Source: a virus (taxonomy: Duplodnaviria; Caudoviricetes). Taken from it: a stretch of 64,000 bases of DNA. Position numbers and translations under genes: made by a program. The stretch covers positions 1 through 64,000 of the IMG/VR virus record IMGVR_UViG_2595698595_000001, one strand, 5' to 3'. Each line of letters opens with the position of its first letter. The stretch's first letter is position 1. The notes below the pieces were generated by a model. The model saw only the letters and a list, made by a program, of their open reading frames with translations. It ran no database searches and was not told the DNA's origin. Below are positions 47,269 through 56,872 of this stretch, in pieces.

Positions 47269-48675
47269 ATGACTAAGAAACATACTGTACCAACCACACA
47301 CCAACCACAAGATAAGTTCAATTCGTTATTACTAAAACGTAGAAATCAGTCAAAGGATATCGACGAATTCGATGTTAACAGTGTAATTTTCAATGAACAA
47401 TTCTTTATCGAAGCGTCTGAGAAATATGTAACTGACATGGTTTCTCATACAGAACAAGAGCTTTTCAGAACTAGAAAAATTCGAAGAATCTACAAATCAT
47501 TTGAACATCTTATTCTGGATAACATCCAATATTATTCAAGAATCATTAGAACGATATATCTTTTATTCGAAAATCGTAACGTTCAAGATGGTAGATCGTA
47601 TGGATTAGTAGAAAATCCATTTAGAGGTTTGAGTCGTTCATTATACAAGCAAAAACTTACACCAACTCAAGTTTACTATCTGGCTTTATTACCTTCAGAT
47701 TTTACTTATCATGAATTCATGTTTACTTATCCAGATTCTGAACATGAAATCGAAGAAAAACGTTTAACTAAAGCTGATAGAGCTGTAATGTTCCAAAGTC
47801 TTGTAAACCATAATCGTTTCAAACTTTTACATGAGTTAGCTAGAATAAATACAAAATCTGATGAGTCCGAATCTTATAGTCAAATTCTAGAAAAAGATAA
47901 AACACCTTACAGATTCCTGAAAACTATCATGCCTTATAAGTTCCAGAAAGCTATTAAGGTCGATTTGTTAGAACAACAGGAAGACGCTTTATCGTTCGCT
48001 GACAATTACATGGAGTATCTAAAATTACTTGATACTCTGAATTCAGAACTTCCTAATTATTACGCATCTATTCGTACAGATTCAGTTCAATTATTCAATA
48101 AGATAACATATGCTAAATCTTCATGGGTTTTGAAAACACCTTTAGCTATAGAAACAGATGAAGCTTTTCCAGAAGAACTAACAAAAAATTATGTCAAATA
48201 TCGAGAAGACATAATGAAGTATCATATAAATACTGAATTTTTAGAATTCGCATTATATGAAATGCTTACAGAATCGAGATTGAATATCGATAAGTTTTAT
48301 GGTATTAAATCTTTAACAGACGGTTCAGTTTCTTCAATTAGACTTAGGCGAAAGGTAGGGGGATTAATGATAGTAGAAACTACTTTCGATAAACATGGAA
48401 ATAGTATTTCTGAAAAAGAATTAATCCAATTACGTTCATTATCTTCAGCTATCAAAATTATCGTGAAACAATTCAATTACTATGTTTTTGATATCGATAA
48501 AGCTAATGTCATCAATACGAACCTAGAATCTGTAGGTGATGTAATGAATCATATTTCAGAAGTTGTAACTAGATATCAAACAGAATCTGAAGATATAACA
48601 GATAAATATAACGAAGAAGTTGAAAGGGTTATGAAAACTTATATCAGTTTCATTAAAGAACAAAGACAGATATGA
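47269..48675 (+). CDS. Hypothetical protein
   Basis: 468-aa ORF. Confidence 0.65.
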   Translation: MTKKHTVPTTHQPQDKFNSLLLKRRNQSKDIDEFDVNSVIFNEQFFIEASEKYVTDMVSHTEQELFRTRKIRRIYKSFEHLILDNIQYYSRIIRTIYLLFENRNVQDGRSYGLVENPFRGLSRSLYKQKLTPTQVYYLALLPSDFTYHEFMFTYPDSEHEIEEKRLTKADRAVMFQSLVNHNRFKLLHELARINTKSDESESYSQILEKDKTPYRFLKTIMPYKFQKAIKVDLLEQQEDALSFADNYMEYLKLLDTLNSELPNYYASIRTDSVQLFNKITYAKSSWVLKTPLAIETDEAFPEELTKNYVKYREDIMKYHINTEFLEFALYEMLTESRLNIDKFYGIKSLTDGSVSSIRLRRKVGGLMIVETTFDKHGNSISEKELIQLRSLSSAIKIIVKQFNYYVFDIDKANVINTNLESVGDVMNHISEVVTRYQTESEDITDKYNEEVERVMKTYISFIKEQRQI

Positions 48676-48893
48676 TACATGTAAACTATACTTGTAATAC
48701 AACTGAAATCATTTATGACGATTACAAGATTATTCTTATGGATTTATATCCAAACGATAAAACTGATAAGTTGTATTCTTATGTAAGAATAGACGCTTAT
48801 AGAACACCAGAAACTAAGATTATCGATCAAATCGAATACGATAGATTAATAGAAGAATCTAGAAATCTATTTAAGAATAAAATGAAACGATAG
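48672..48893 (+). CDS. Hypothetical protein
   Basis: 73-aa ORF, ATGA-coupled. Confidence 0.55.
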   Translation: MIHVNYTCNTTEIIYDDYKIILMDLYPNDKTDKLYSYVRIDAYRTPETKIIDQIEYDRLIEESRNLFKNKMKR

Positions 48894-48911
48894 TAACTTC
48901 TTTAGTATAAT
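48883..48911 (+). promoter_or_regulatory. Class A promoter (TGAAAC-N17-TATAAT)
   Basis: Exact match. Confidence 0.7.
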
Positions 48912-48946
48912 TCAATTATATCTTTAACATATTAAATTTGTAAACT

Positions 48947-49399
48947 ATGAGCACAACCTTCGAATTTTTAAACTTCGACGAAATAGTTTCAGGAGAAACT
49001 TCGAAAACTCCTGAAACTATGTCACTATTCGTTGAAGAATCTTCTAGCAGATATTCGTTAATCTTCGATATTAGTTCAGATGACGGTTTCTATGAAGAAG
49101 TTATATTATCACCAAATCTTGAAGATGTGGACAATAACGTTCTAGTAAAATTACATAAAGTATTTACAGAACCTTGGTCTGTTATATCTTTCGGTAATTT
49201 CAAACATGATAAAATCGTAACTATAGCATTTACAAGATTATCAGAATCTAAAATAGTTGTTTCAGTATATAACAAAGATTCAGACGAACCTGCATATTCT
49301 TCCGAATGTAAATTAGATTTAGAAGTATTCAATAGAACATTTTCCCACATAATCGATGATCATTTGTCATTCTTCAAAGATAATATCAAAATATGCTAA
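48947..49399 (+). CDS. Hypothetical protein
   Basis: 150-aa ORF. Confidence 0.6.
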   Translation: MSTTFEFLNFDEIVSGETSKTPETMSLFVEESSSRYSLIFDISSDDGFYEEVILSPNLEDVDNNVLVKLHKVFTEPWSVISFGNFKHDKIVTIAFTRLSESKIVVSVYNKDSDEPAYSSECKLDLEVFNRTFSHIIDDHLSFFKDNIKIC

Positions 49400-49761
49400 A
49401 TATGGAAGAAACTAAACTACTATTTGGTTCTTACGCTAGTAGTAGAATATCAGTATTTGAAGACGATGAAAAATTAGAATTGAAACTAATTCATGAAAAC
49501 GAAGAATACGTTTTAGCCAACCCATCACAGTTTAAGAACATAATCGAAGTTATTCAGTCAGCGATTCTAAACATTTCAAGAATCGATAAACTAAAGCATC
49601 TTATCGTATATGCTGGTGAAATGTTAGATTTCAATTTATACATACATCATGACTATGTGCTAGTAAGTTCTGATGTAGTAAATATACAAATCATTAAACT
49701 TGAGTATAATTATCTAAATATACTTGATACATTCAACGAAATACTTTTCTATAAAAAATAA
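49393..49761 (+). CDS. Hypothetical protein
   Basis: 122-aa ORF. Confidence 0.6.
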   Translation: MLNMEETKLLFGSYASSRISVFEDDEKLELKLIHENEEYVLANPSQFKNIIEVIQSAILNISRIDKLKHLIVYAGEMLDFNLYIHHDYVLVSSDVVNIQIIKLEYNYLNILDTFNEILFYKK

Positions 49762-49765
49762 CATA

Positions 49766-50710
49766 ATGTCAGTATTGCAAAAAGATTTAGTTTGGTTTGA
49801 GAAATACAGACCAAAAACATTGGAAGAAGCTTGTTATCCAAAACGTATTCATGAACAATTCAAAGAAGGATTAAAAAGTAATCTTATCCTTTCAGGTATT
49901 CAGGGTTCTGGGAAAACAACATTAGCTAGAATTCTTACAAAAGACTTTTCAGTTTTAAGATTAGATGGTTCTAAAAATGGTGGTGTCGATGCTGTAAGAA
50001 ATGATATTGAAGCCTTTTGCAGTATTTCAGGATTCGATAATCGTATGAAAATAGTTTTCATTGATGAAGCTGATGCTATGTCAACTGCTGCTCAAGGTGC
50101 TATGCGTGGAACTATTGAGAAATTTGCCAAAGTTGCATATTTCATTCTAACATGTAATTATCCTGAAAAGATTCTTGATCCAGTTAAATCTAGATTCGAT
50201 TTAGTTGATTTCAATTTTACAGGTTCTGAAGCTCAAGAACAGACAGATAATTACATTCGTAGAATTGTTCATATAGCTAAAGCTGAAAATCTAACTATTA
50301 CTAAAGAGGGTATTTTGGAATTGATGAAAAGATTCTTCCCAGACTTTAGATCGATTATCAATAAGATGCAATCTTTGAAACAATCGAATATGTCTTTATC
50401 GATTGAATCTTTAATGGTTTCTGAAACAACAGAAGATTCAGAATTGTATCAATTACTTCTTACAACAAGCTATCCACCAGAACTTTACAAATATGTTAAA
50501 GCTAAGTTCATGAATAAAGAACATGTAGCTTATAACTCATTAGGTTCTACTTTCCTTGAATGGTTAATGTTAGACAAAGTTGGTAAGAATAACAAAGTTG
50601 GTGAAGTTGCAGCATGTGTTCATAAATATCAATACGAATCACAAGGTGTAATAGACAAACTAGTTACATTGTTAGCATGTTGTTACGAAATCAATAGAAT
50701 AATTCGATAG
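49766..50710 (+). CDS. Clamp loader ATPase subunit (T4 gp44 / RFC-like)
   Basis: WFEKYRPKTL, GIQGSGKTT, IDEAD, FILTCNY, SRF, FPDFRSIIN; start moved to ATG 49766. Confidence 0.95.
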   Translation: MSVLQKDLVWFEKYRPKTLEEACYPKRIHEQFKEGLKSNLILSGIQGSGKTTLARILTKDFSVLRLDGSKNGGVDAVRNDIEAFCSISGFDNRMKIVFIDEADAMSTAAQGAMRGTIEKFAKVAYFILTCNYPEKILDPVKSRFDLVDFNFTGSEAQEQTDNYIRRIVHIAKAENLTITKEGILELMKRFFPDFRSIINKMQSLKQSNMSLSIESLMVSETTEDSELYQLLLTTSYPPELYKYVKAKFMNKEHVAYNSLGSTFLEWLMLDKVGKNNKVGEVAACVHKYQYESQGVIDKLVTLLACCYEINRIIR

Positions 50711-50713
50711 CGT

Positions 50714-51085
50714 ATGTTAATGAATTGTATTAAATCGTTCAAATCATTAACAGATAACGATAAACTAGAATGTAAATTACAATTCTGTAAAGAAGGTTTG
50801 ATGTTATCTATCTGTAAAAATGAATCACGTTATAGCTTTTCTACAGGTATTTACGTTATCGAATATAATTCAGAAGACTTTCGTAAACGTTTGTCTAACG
50901 TTTCAAAAGATTTAGACAATCATTACGATTATGTGAAGTTTTCTGAAACTATAGATACGTTCTATATCAATAAACATACTATCAGAATATCAGTAAATCA
51001 TTTGTCCGAAGTTCATCATTTCTATATGTCACTCATAGAACTAAGGGACTTGGTTTTCGAATATAACAATCCTGTGAAAGATTAG
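50714..51085 (+). CDS. Hypothetical protein
   Basis: 123-aa ORF. Confidence 0.6.
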   Translation: MLMNCIKSFKSLTDNDKLECKLQFCKEGLMLSICKNESRYSFSTGIYVIEYNSEDFRKRLSNVSKDLDNHYDYVKFSETIDTFYINKHTIRISVNHLSEVHHFYMSLIELRDLVFEYNNPVKD

Positions 51086-51116
51086 TACTATTAACTTATA
51101 CATAAATCATATCAAT

Positions 51117-51512
51117 ATGTCAATTGTTGAAAAACTCAAAGAACTCTTAAAAACTAAATCTAAAGAAGAAATTCAAGCAGCTTGGGATGCTGCAGGTGAA
51201 GCTACAAAAGATGTCAAAGGTCCAAAAGTTTCAGATTTTATCGAATCTATAAAGATAGCTAATACTGAAAAACCTATCATGTGTGTTAGAATGAAAGCTG
51301 ACACTAATCGTATGGAAGCTAACGAAATTCGACATAGACTGAATAGACTATTAGATGAAGCTTATCATGTATTAGTTTTAGTAGGTGATGATAACGATAT
51401 CGAATTCATTAATGCTAAATTCGAAGAAACCGGTAAGTATCTATTCACGCAATACGAAGTTCAAACAATTCTCTCAGAAATAGAAGAAGCTTTAAATAAT
51501 GAAGAAAAATAA
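51117..51512 (+). CDS. Hypothetical protein
   Basis: 131-aa ORF; TAGTACTAT (51083) and TATACATA (51097) upstream. Confidence 0.6.
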   Translation: MSIVEKLKELLKTKSKEEIQAAWDAAGEATKDVKGPKVSDFIESIKIANTEKPIMCVRMKADTNRMEANEIRHRLNRLLDEAYHVLVLVGDDNDIEFINAKFEETGKYLFTQYEVQTILSEIEEALNNEEK

Positions 51513-52245
51513 ATTCGAAGGATTCGGTTATATTCATTTGTGTGATATCGATCAACCTAATTTCGAAGATAATGAAAGATTGATACATGAACATATGAAA
51601 TCTTTTAATCCCGAAATTATCAGATATTCTCAGTATCTTTCAAATCAAAAACCAGTAGATTTTACTACTGGTTTGATTATCAATAATTTACATGATGCTC
51701 TAAATTCAGAAGAAGATACACCTATCGTTCTTATAGACGAAACTCTTGCTAATGCTTACGAATGGATCGGAAGACTTAAATATGGTGCTGTTATTCTTTA
51801 CAATTCTAATTCTATTGATAAAGAATCGTTAATCAACTTTTCTTCTAAATATGTAGAATTGCATCAAAGTTATGTAAGAACAAATTCTAAGACTGAGACT
51901 ATTCAGATAGTTAGAAACGATATGTTCAAATTCGATATCGAAGAATCTATAGAACAGACTAAAGCATTTTACAGATTCGCACCTGTAAGATATTTACCCG
52001 TTCAATTTCAAATCGAATGTAGGGGTAACATTAAGAAACTTGAAGAAGCTATGGAAGATATTTCATTGGTTAAATTTAAGATACGTAAACGTATATCGAC
52101 CAGAAAAGCATTCAATATATTTGATGCTTTATTATTCAGTATCAAATTCGATAATACGTTTTCAAAGTCTGAAGTAAAGTCAGTTCTAAAAGTAAATAAA
52201 CTACTGACAAATAAGATTAACGTTATAGAACATTTTCAATTATGA
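51499..52245 (+). CDS. Hypothetical protein
   Basis: 248-aa ORF. Confidence 0.6.
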   Translation: MKKNKFEGFGYIHLCDIDQPNFEDNERLIHEHMKSFNPEIIRYSQYLSNQKPVDFTTGLIINNLHDALNSEEDTPIVLIDETLANAYEWIGRLKYGAVILYNSNSIDKESLINFSSKYVELHQSYVRTNSKTETIQIVRNDMFKFDIEESIEQTKAFYRFAPVRYLPVQFQIECRGNIKKLEEAMEDISLVKFKIRKRISTRKAFNIFDALLFSIKFDNTFSKSEVKSVLKVNKLLTNKINVIEHFQL

Positions 52246-53039
52246 TCGAAACAAATAGAATTTATACAGTAGGAGAATTCAAAAACAAAAAATCAGGTGA
52301 AATTGTATATGGTTACATATTTACGGATGAAGATGAAAAGATATTCGAGTCTTATAATAGACATGTTCACGAATTGATCCGTAGAGCTATTGTTTTCAAA
52401 CAGAGATTTAGTTTAGCTTCTGAAATAGCCGATTTACCTACATCCGATCATAATTTGATAGAACTGGAACGTAAGACTGAACGAGATCGTTATAATTTTG
52501 ATTACTTTAAATCTAGAAAATCTATAGAAGGTGGAGGTATCGTATTCTGGGAGAATTTCAATAGTATTTCTTTAGCTTCAGTTTTCGAAAAATTCACCAT
52601 CGTTAATGTATTTGAAGTATTTGGGTTCGGTTTACCGTTACCATACGTTAATTACAATTCATTTAAGAATAGTATCGTAAACATTTACATATCTGATAAA
52701 TCTACAATAAGTCCTTCTGATTTGATAAATGTCAGATATTCCGCAGATCATATTCATTATGGTATTACTTATTTCAGTACTAAGAATCTACAATGTATTT
52801 TAGATAGTATTGAAGCTACTTCTAAAAAGGCTAATCAATGTAATATCGTAATCGATTTAGAAATTCTAAATGACGAAAGTCTTCTTATATGGTTCGAGAA
52901 AACAGTATTAGCTTACGAATTGATCGACATGACTAATGTAAAATTCTTGATTAAACGTAAACCTCTTCATTCTATAATCAAATCTAATTATCCATTAATA
53001 CTAAAACATTCAAAATTTCATTACGATGAACAAACCTAA
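52242..53039 (+). CDS. Hypothetical protein
   Basis: 265-aa ORF. Confidence 0.6.
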   Translation: MIETNRIYTVGEFKNKKSGEIVYGYIFTDEDEKIFESYNRHVHELIRRAIVFKQRFSLASEIADLPTSDHNLIELERKTERDRYNFDYFKSRKSIEGGGIVFWENFNSISLASVFEKFTIVNVFEVFGFGLPLPYVNYNSFKNSIVNIYISDKSTISPSDLINVRYSADHIHYGITYFSTKNLQCILDSIEATSKKANQCNIVIDLEILNDESLLIWFEKTVLAYELIDMTNVKFLIKRKPLHSIIKSNYPLILKHSKFHYDEQT

Positions 53040-53778
53040 AATCAAAATCATATCATTACATGCTAATTCTGGTGCTGGTAAAGATTACATTACCTCATGT
53101 ATGAATTATCTAGCTATCAATCCAAAAGATTTAGACATTTCAAAAATATCAAAAGAAAAATTAGAATATCTTCATAACGTTTCAAATTCTGACATTCAAA
53201 CAGAAACAGGAATTGACTGGAATAGAGGTGACTTAATGGTTTTTAGATTCTCAACACCTTTACGTAGTATAGTTCAAGCTGTAGCAGGTACTGATTTTAC
53301 CATGAATGACATGGATAAGCAATCCACTAAATTGTATCATCCTAAACATTTGAAACATGGAGAATCGATACGTGATTTACATCTATTACTTTCTGATGCT
53401 GTTAAAAATGCTATCGGAATGCCAGATATCTTCTCAGTTTTGTTGAAACATAGAGTTTTAGATTTAGTAGGTCATATAATAAGTTCTGGTACATATTGGA
53501 AAGAATTCACTATCATTATTCTAGATACAAGATATCCTGAAGAACTAAAAGTGTTGGATGATTTATCCGAAGAACTTGATAAAATGGAATGTGATTATTC
53601 GATAAATTCGATATACATTACATCAGATTCAATTAACAAAATCAATCATTCATCTGAACAAAATCTATACGAACAGTTTCCAGAAAAGTTCAATATCGTA
53701 TTTCATAACGATAAAACTAGAACTACTAGAGAAACTTTGAAAGCTGTAAAAACTGAAATAGTTGACAAGCTTAAGTGA
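53026..53778 (+). CDS. Deoxynucleoside monophosphate kinase (T4 gp1-like)
   Basis: ISLHANSGAGKDY P-loop, FSTPLR, ILDTRYPEE, HSSE motifs. Confidence 0.8.
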   Translation: MNKPKIKIISLHANSGAGKDYITSCMNYLAINPKDLDISKISKEKLEYLHNVSNSDIQTETGIDWNRGDLMVFRFSTPLRSIVQAVAGTDFTMNDMDKQSTKLYHPKHLKHGESIRDLHLLLSDAVKNAIGMPDIFSVLLKHRVLDLVGHIISSGTYWKEFTIIILDTRYPEELKVLDDLSEELDKMECDYSINSIYITSDSINKINHSSEQNLYEQFPEKFNIVFHNDKTRTTRETLKAVKTEIVDKLK

Positions 53779-53804
53779 AACAATTTGTAAAGATTAGGTA
53801 ATAT
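53776..53804 (+). promoter_or_regulatory. Class A promoter (TGAAAC-N17-TAATAT)
   Basis: 17-nt spacer. Confidence 0.55.
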
Positions 53805-53810
53805 ATTATC

Positions 53811-54107
53811 ATGAAAATACTAATATCATTATTACTTTGTATCAGTTTATTAAGCTGTTCTAGAGATGTTTATGTAGATGGTAAGGATGAAAAAGGTTAC
53901 TTCTTTTATCATGAAGAATGTATAAAATCCGAAACATATACTGAAACAGTGCCAACTTTGATAAACGACGGTACTGGAATGTCAATGGGTGGTGGAGTTT
54001 ATCTATCAACTCAAACATATACAGAATGTCTAGAATCGATAATCGTAAAACGTTACATGAGTAATAGTGATACTAGTAAATACGAAAACATATACATAAG
54101 AAAATAA
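53811..54107 (+). CDS. Putative lipoprotein
   Basis: Signal peptide MKILISLLLCISLLSC with lipobox. Confidence 0.7.
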   Translation: MKILISLLLCISLLSCSRDVYVDGKDEKGYFFYHEECIKSETYTETVPTLINDGTGMSMGGGVYLSTQTYTECLESIIVKRYMSNSDTSKYENIYIRK

Positions 54108-55417
54108 TGCAAAGGACTATTATCGTAGATGGTAACTTCATGTTAATGCGTATCTTCTCAGTTCTAAACTTTGAAGGAACATTCATGACAGTTAAACGAC
54201 CTGAAGAATCTGATATGCAGTTTAATGCTAGACGAAACAAAGACATTAATGAATTCATTAAAAATCTTTGTCGACATTTCGCAAAAACTGTTCAAAGATA
54301 TTCATACTGTGACAAGATCATTATAGCTAAAGATGCTAAATCTTGGCGTAAGGACATGTCAATTCCTCAACCAAAGAATTATACTTTAGATGGATTCACA
54401 GAAGGTGATGATACAGATTACAAAGGTAATCGTGTAAAGGATGATAAAGTTGATTGGTCGGTTGTATATTCAACATTCGAGGATTTTGCCCAAACTTTAG
54501 AAAGTGATTTCAATGTACCATATGCTAAAGTAAATGGTGCTGAAGGTGATGATTGGTTATGGTATCTTCCTAGATATTTGTATAAGAATAAGAAAATACA
54601 TTCATTGCTTTACTGTAGTGATGGTGATATTTCTCATACTATCAAAGATTATACAATCATTGCTAGACAAGTAAAAACTAAAATCGGACCACAAGGTGAG
54701 TTACTTACTACAAAGAAACTTAATGAAGTTTTCGATGCTACTAAAAATGCTACTATCTTTAATGTTAATCATTCAGAATCTGACCATTTAACTGAAATGT
54801 TTAAGGAAGTAAGTACTGGATTAGTTCATCATATCGTACCTAATCCAGCTTCTCATTTGGTTTGGAAATTATTGATAGGTGATGCTAAAGATAACATTCC
54901 TTGTACTGTAGCTTATACGAAAAATGGTAAACAGTGGAAACGACCTAATCATACATTCTTTTGTAAGTTCTTAGATTTCAAAGGTATTGGATTAGAATCC
55001 GATCATGAAAATCCATTAACTTTCGAACATCTTTATGATGAGAAATTCATTAGAGAGTTTTATCAAGATTGGTTCGCACCGTCAATGAAGAAAGCTATTA
55101 ATCAAGATATGGATATCGATCACGCTGTTGGAATCTATAAGAACAATCTTAAGATGTTGCATCTTTCTAAAGAACAAATTCCAGAATACGTTTATGATGG
55201 AATGCAGAAAACTATCGAATCTAAATTAGACATACTTGATAAATGTGATACGAAACTAATGACCAATGGTAACGTATTAATCAATTCGATAAATAAAGGG
55301 GCTGCTGTTAATGACTTCTTTAACATGTTCAATCTTGACAAAACTGAAAATACGGTAGAAACACCTGAAGCTTGTGTACCTGATGCTAGTATATTTGACG
55401 AACTAGGTATCGACTAA
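54107..55417 (+). CDS. 5'-3' exonuclease / T4 RNase H-like flap nuclease
   Basis: IVDGN, SWRK, YKGNR, AEGDD, SDGD, GDAKDNIP motifs. Confidence 0.9.
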   Translation: MQRTIIVDGNFMLMRIFSVLNFEGTFMTVKRPEESDMQFNARRNKDINEFIKNLCRHFAKTVQRYSYCDKIIIAKDAKSWRKDMSIPQPKNYTLDGFTEGDDTDYKGNRVKDDKVDWSVVYSTFEDFAQTLESDFNVPYAKVNGAEGDDWLWYLPRYLYKNKKIHSLLYCSDGDISHTIKDYTIIARQVKTKIGPQGELLTTKKLNEVFDATKNATIFNVNHSESDHLTEMFKEVSTGLVHHIVPNPASHLVWKLLIGDAKDNIPCTVAYTKNGKQWKRPNHTFFCKFLDFKGIGLESDHENPLTFEHLYDEKFIREFYQDWFAPSMKKAINQDMDIDHAVGIYKNNLKMLHLSKEQIPEYVYDGMQKTIESKLDILDKCDTKLMTNGNVLINSINKGAAVNDFFNMFNLDKTENTVETPEACVPDASIFDELGID

Positions 55418-55425
55418 ACTAATTT

Positions 55426-55454
55426 GACTCCCATGATATTTCATGGGAGTCTTT
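55426..55454 (+). terminator. Intrinsic terminator
   Basis: GACTCCCATGA-TATT-TCATGGGAGTC then TTT. Confidence 0.75.
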
Positions 55455-55468
55455 AAACTTTATCAATT

Positions 55469-55540
55469 ATGAACATTCTAATCATAGTTATCCTAGCATT
55501 ATTTTACAGATTATATACACTAGAAAAATATGACGAATAA
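55469..55540 (+). CDS. Possible 23-aa hydrophobic peptide
   Basis: MNILIIVILALFYRLYTLEKYDE; fills gap and overlaps next start. Confidence 0.35.
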   Translation: MNILIIVILALFYRLYTLEKYDE

Positions 55541-55823
55541 GAAAACAACTTCTGAAGTCTTAAAAGAAATAGTTAAGAACGAAACTAGTAAGACTATTAT
55601 CTTTCTTTCAGGTTTACAAGAAGGTGATACTATGGAAGCTATAGGATTCATAGATTCTACGATTCTTAAAGCTGCTAAAGAAATAGCACATATGATAGTA
55701 AACGATAGTCATTGTTCACCCGACCGTATCAAAACTCCTAATAGTAACAATTGTGCTGATTATGTGGAAAACTGGTTTAAAGAAAACAAATATGAAACGA
55801 AATTTAGCATACAAAATCATTAG
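55530..55823 (+). CDS. Hypothetical protein
   Basis: 97-aa ORF. Confidence 0.55.
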   Translation: MTNKKTTSEVLKEIVKNETSKTIIFLSGLQEGDTMEAIGFIDSTILKAAKEIAHMIVNDSHCSPDRIKTPNSNNCADYVENWFKENKYETKFSIQNH

Positions 55824-55856
55824 ATTCATTATCAAAGCTTTAACGTTTAGAAAGAA

Positions 55857-56261
55857 ATGACAGATATAGAAATTTGTTTCGTAATAGGTCTGATTATTAC
55901 AGTTTACGTATTTATCAGAATATTCTTTAGTAAGCCTGAAATAATTAAATTCTATTCTTACAATTATCATAAGTATTCTGACGGACGTTCTCAGTTATGT
56001 CTATATTATTGTAATGCTGATTATTCTAAGAAAATCTGGGACAATGATGACAAACCAGTTTATAGAATTATTCTAAGAGGTCCTATAATCGATTTAGATG
56101 AATGTCTTAGGATCATGTTAGAATATAAGTACGATTTCGAAAAGACAACAAGAATCAAGTTCATAAATAAATTCTGTAACGTTAAAGGAATAGCCTATGG
56201 TTATACAATTGATCTACTATCTTACGAAAGTATAGCACTAAAACCTTTTCCAAAACATTAG
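55857..56261 (+). CDS. Membrane-anchored hypothetical protein
   Basis: N-terminal hydrophobic helix. Confidence 0.55.
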   Translation: MTDIEICFVIGLIITVYVFIRIFFSKPEIIKFYSYNYHKYSDGRSQLCLYYCNADYSKKIWDNDDKPVYRIILRGPIIDLDECLRIMLEYKYDFEKTTRIKFINKFCNVKGIAYGYTIDLLSYESIALKPFPKH

Positions 56262-56274
56262 TAAAATAAATATA

Positions 56275-56736
56275 ATGGAAATCATACATAAAATTGGATT
56301 CTTTGAATTCCTTGACGCGTTCTTTACAGATTCTGTAACTTACAAAAGATTAACTGTAAAAGCTAAAATGGAACATTACTTTATGACGATAAGAACATTA
56401 TCGATAATGTTACCATCATATTGTCATATCATTAACAAAACTCATAATGTTCATGTTTTGGATTCTATCCAGAAAGAAGTTGGAAATCAATCTAGAAAAC
56501 CTCAATGGTTATTTACATCTTCTAAAGGTATCAAAGCGGCTGAAGAGCAAGCTAATCCTTTAGCAAAATATCAAGAAGCTGATCTTATCGAATTCTGTAA
56601 AGACAATGAATTAGAATTCAAGGATTTGAAAACTATCCATCAATTTGCTGGTAAGAATCTTATAGCTTCGATAGAATCTTATATAGATGATCTCTTATCA
56701 GATAAGATGAAACCAACAAAGTCTAGAAAAAACTAA
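56275..56736 (+). CDS. Possible clamp loader small subunit (gp62-like)
   Basis: YFMTIRTLS...RKPQWL pattern and size; weak. Confidence 0.35.
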   Translation: MEIIHKIGFFEFLDAFFTDSVTYKRLTVKAKMEHYFMTIRTLSIMLPSYCHIINKTHNVHVLDSIQKEVGNQSRKPQWLFTSSKGIKAAEEQANPLAKYQEADLIEFCKDNELEFKDLKTIHQFAGKNLIASIESYIDDLLSDKMKPTKSRKN

Positions 56737-56746
56737 AAAGTAACTT

Positions 56747-56857
56747 TATACATATAATAGGACTTCCAAAAATCCTACTTGCTTTTAAAATAGTGTATTG
56801 AAAATTAAATGTTAAACAATGAAGGTCGTACGTTAATCGTACGACCTTTTTATTTTT
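56747..56857 (+). ncRNA. Candidate late small RNA
   Basis: TATACATA at 56747, no credible ORF, plus-strand terminator at 56822-56857. Confidence 0.4.
56822..56857 (+). terminator. Terminator between convergent genes
   Basis: AAGGTCGTACG-TTAAT-CGTACGACCTT then TTTATTTTT. Confidence 0.85.
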
Positions 56858-56872
56858 GATGAAATATATTAC

